DNA of 41,577 nucleotides from a virus: IMG/VR virus record IMGVR_UViG_3300045988_115369; one strand, 5' to 3'. Shown piece by piece: positions 41,547 to 41,577 of this stretch (position 1 is its first letter; each line of letters starts with the position of its first letter). The notes under the pieces were generated by a model. It saw only the letters and a program-made list of their open reading frames with translations, ran no database searches and was not told where the DNA came from. The position numbers and the translations under genes were made by a program.

Positions 41547-41577
41547 GATATTCGTCCTTTCTCTGAAAAAAAAAAAC
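41459..41577. repeat. Terminal direct repeat, copy 2 (identical to 1..119)
   Basis: Same as copy 1. The repeat cuts through a coding sequence, so it is more likely an assembly overlap than a genuine T7-type non-coding DTR. Confidence 0.9.

Larger units (their letters stand above)
1..41577 (-). mobile_element. Complete genome of a T7-like (single-subunit RNAP) podophage carrying an integrase; circularly closed assembly
   Basis: T7 synteny: RNAP, SSB, endo I, lysozyme-like, primase-helicase, DNAP, exonuclease, portal, scaffold, capsid, tail tubular A/B, core proteins, tail fiber, TerS, TerL. The two ends of the window are identical. Confidence 0.95.

Overview
The window is a complete, circularly closed genome of a T7-like (Autographiviridae-type) podophage. 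Bases 1..119 are identical to 41459..41577, so the unique length is about 41.46 kb. Every gene is on the minus strand except one tyrosine integrase. Gene order follows T7. In transcription order (high to low coordinates, wrapping through the terminal overlap) it runs: an ORF-poor control region with two consensus sigma-70/SigA promoters (~3437..3683); small acidic early genes (179..2935) separated by two hammerhead ribozymes; a single-subunit RNA polymerase (38982..41546); two small ribbon-helix-helix genes; a T7-origin-like promoter/repeat region; a nucleotide/DNA-modification block (Zn-ribbon protein, compact C5-methyltransferase-like protein, DUF3310 fusion, ThyX-like protein); the replisome (gp2.5-like SSB, endonuclease I, lysozyme-like protein, primase-helicase, DNA polymerase, 5'-3' exonuclease); structural genes (portal, scaffold, capsid, a tRNA with anticodon CAU, tail tubular A/B, internal core proteins, tail fiber); a lysis cassette; small and large terminase; one membrane protein; then the integrase on the opposite strand. 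Eight copies of a 17-nt phage promoter (consensus TAATTGTGGCAC[G/A]TA[G/T]A on the minus strand) define the phage-RNAP regulon. The points most worth follow-up are: (1) two complete type II hammerhead ribozymes, each in a conserved cassette between early genes; (2) what looks like a lysogeny circuit for a temperate T7-like phage, made of the integrase, two paralogous RHH proteins on their own host promoter, an exact 10-mer at all three host promoters, and paired palindromes beside tandem phage promoters; (3) a roughly 500-nt untranslated early leader; (4) a T7-lysozyme homolog that appears to have lost its zinc ligands; (5) no consensus phage promoter across about 24 kb of late genes. Promoter style, strong Shine-Dalgarno sites, an Arm-type integrase N-terminus, GH73 lysins and an OMP-like C-terminal signature suggest a Firmicutes-like, possibly diderm, host; this is inference only. 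All similarity statements come from reading the translations and recalling family motifs. No database search or folding program was run.
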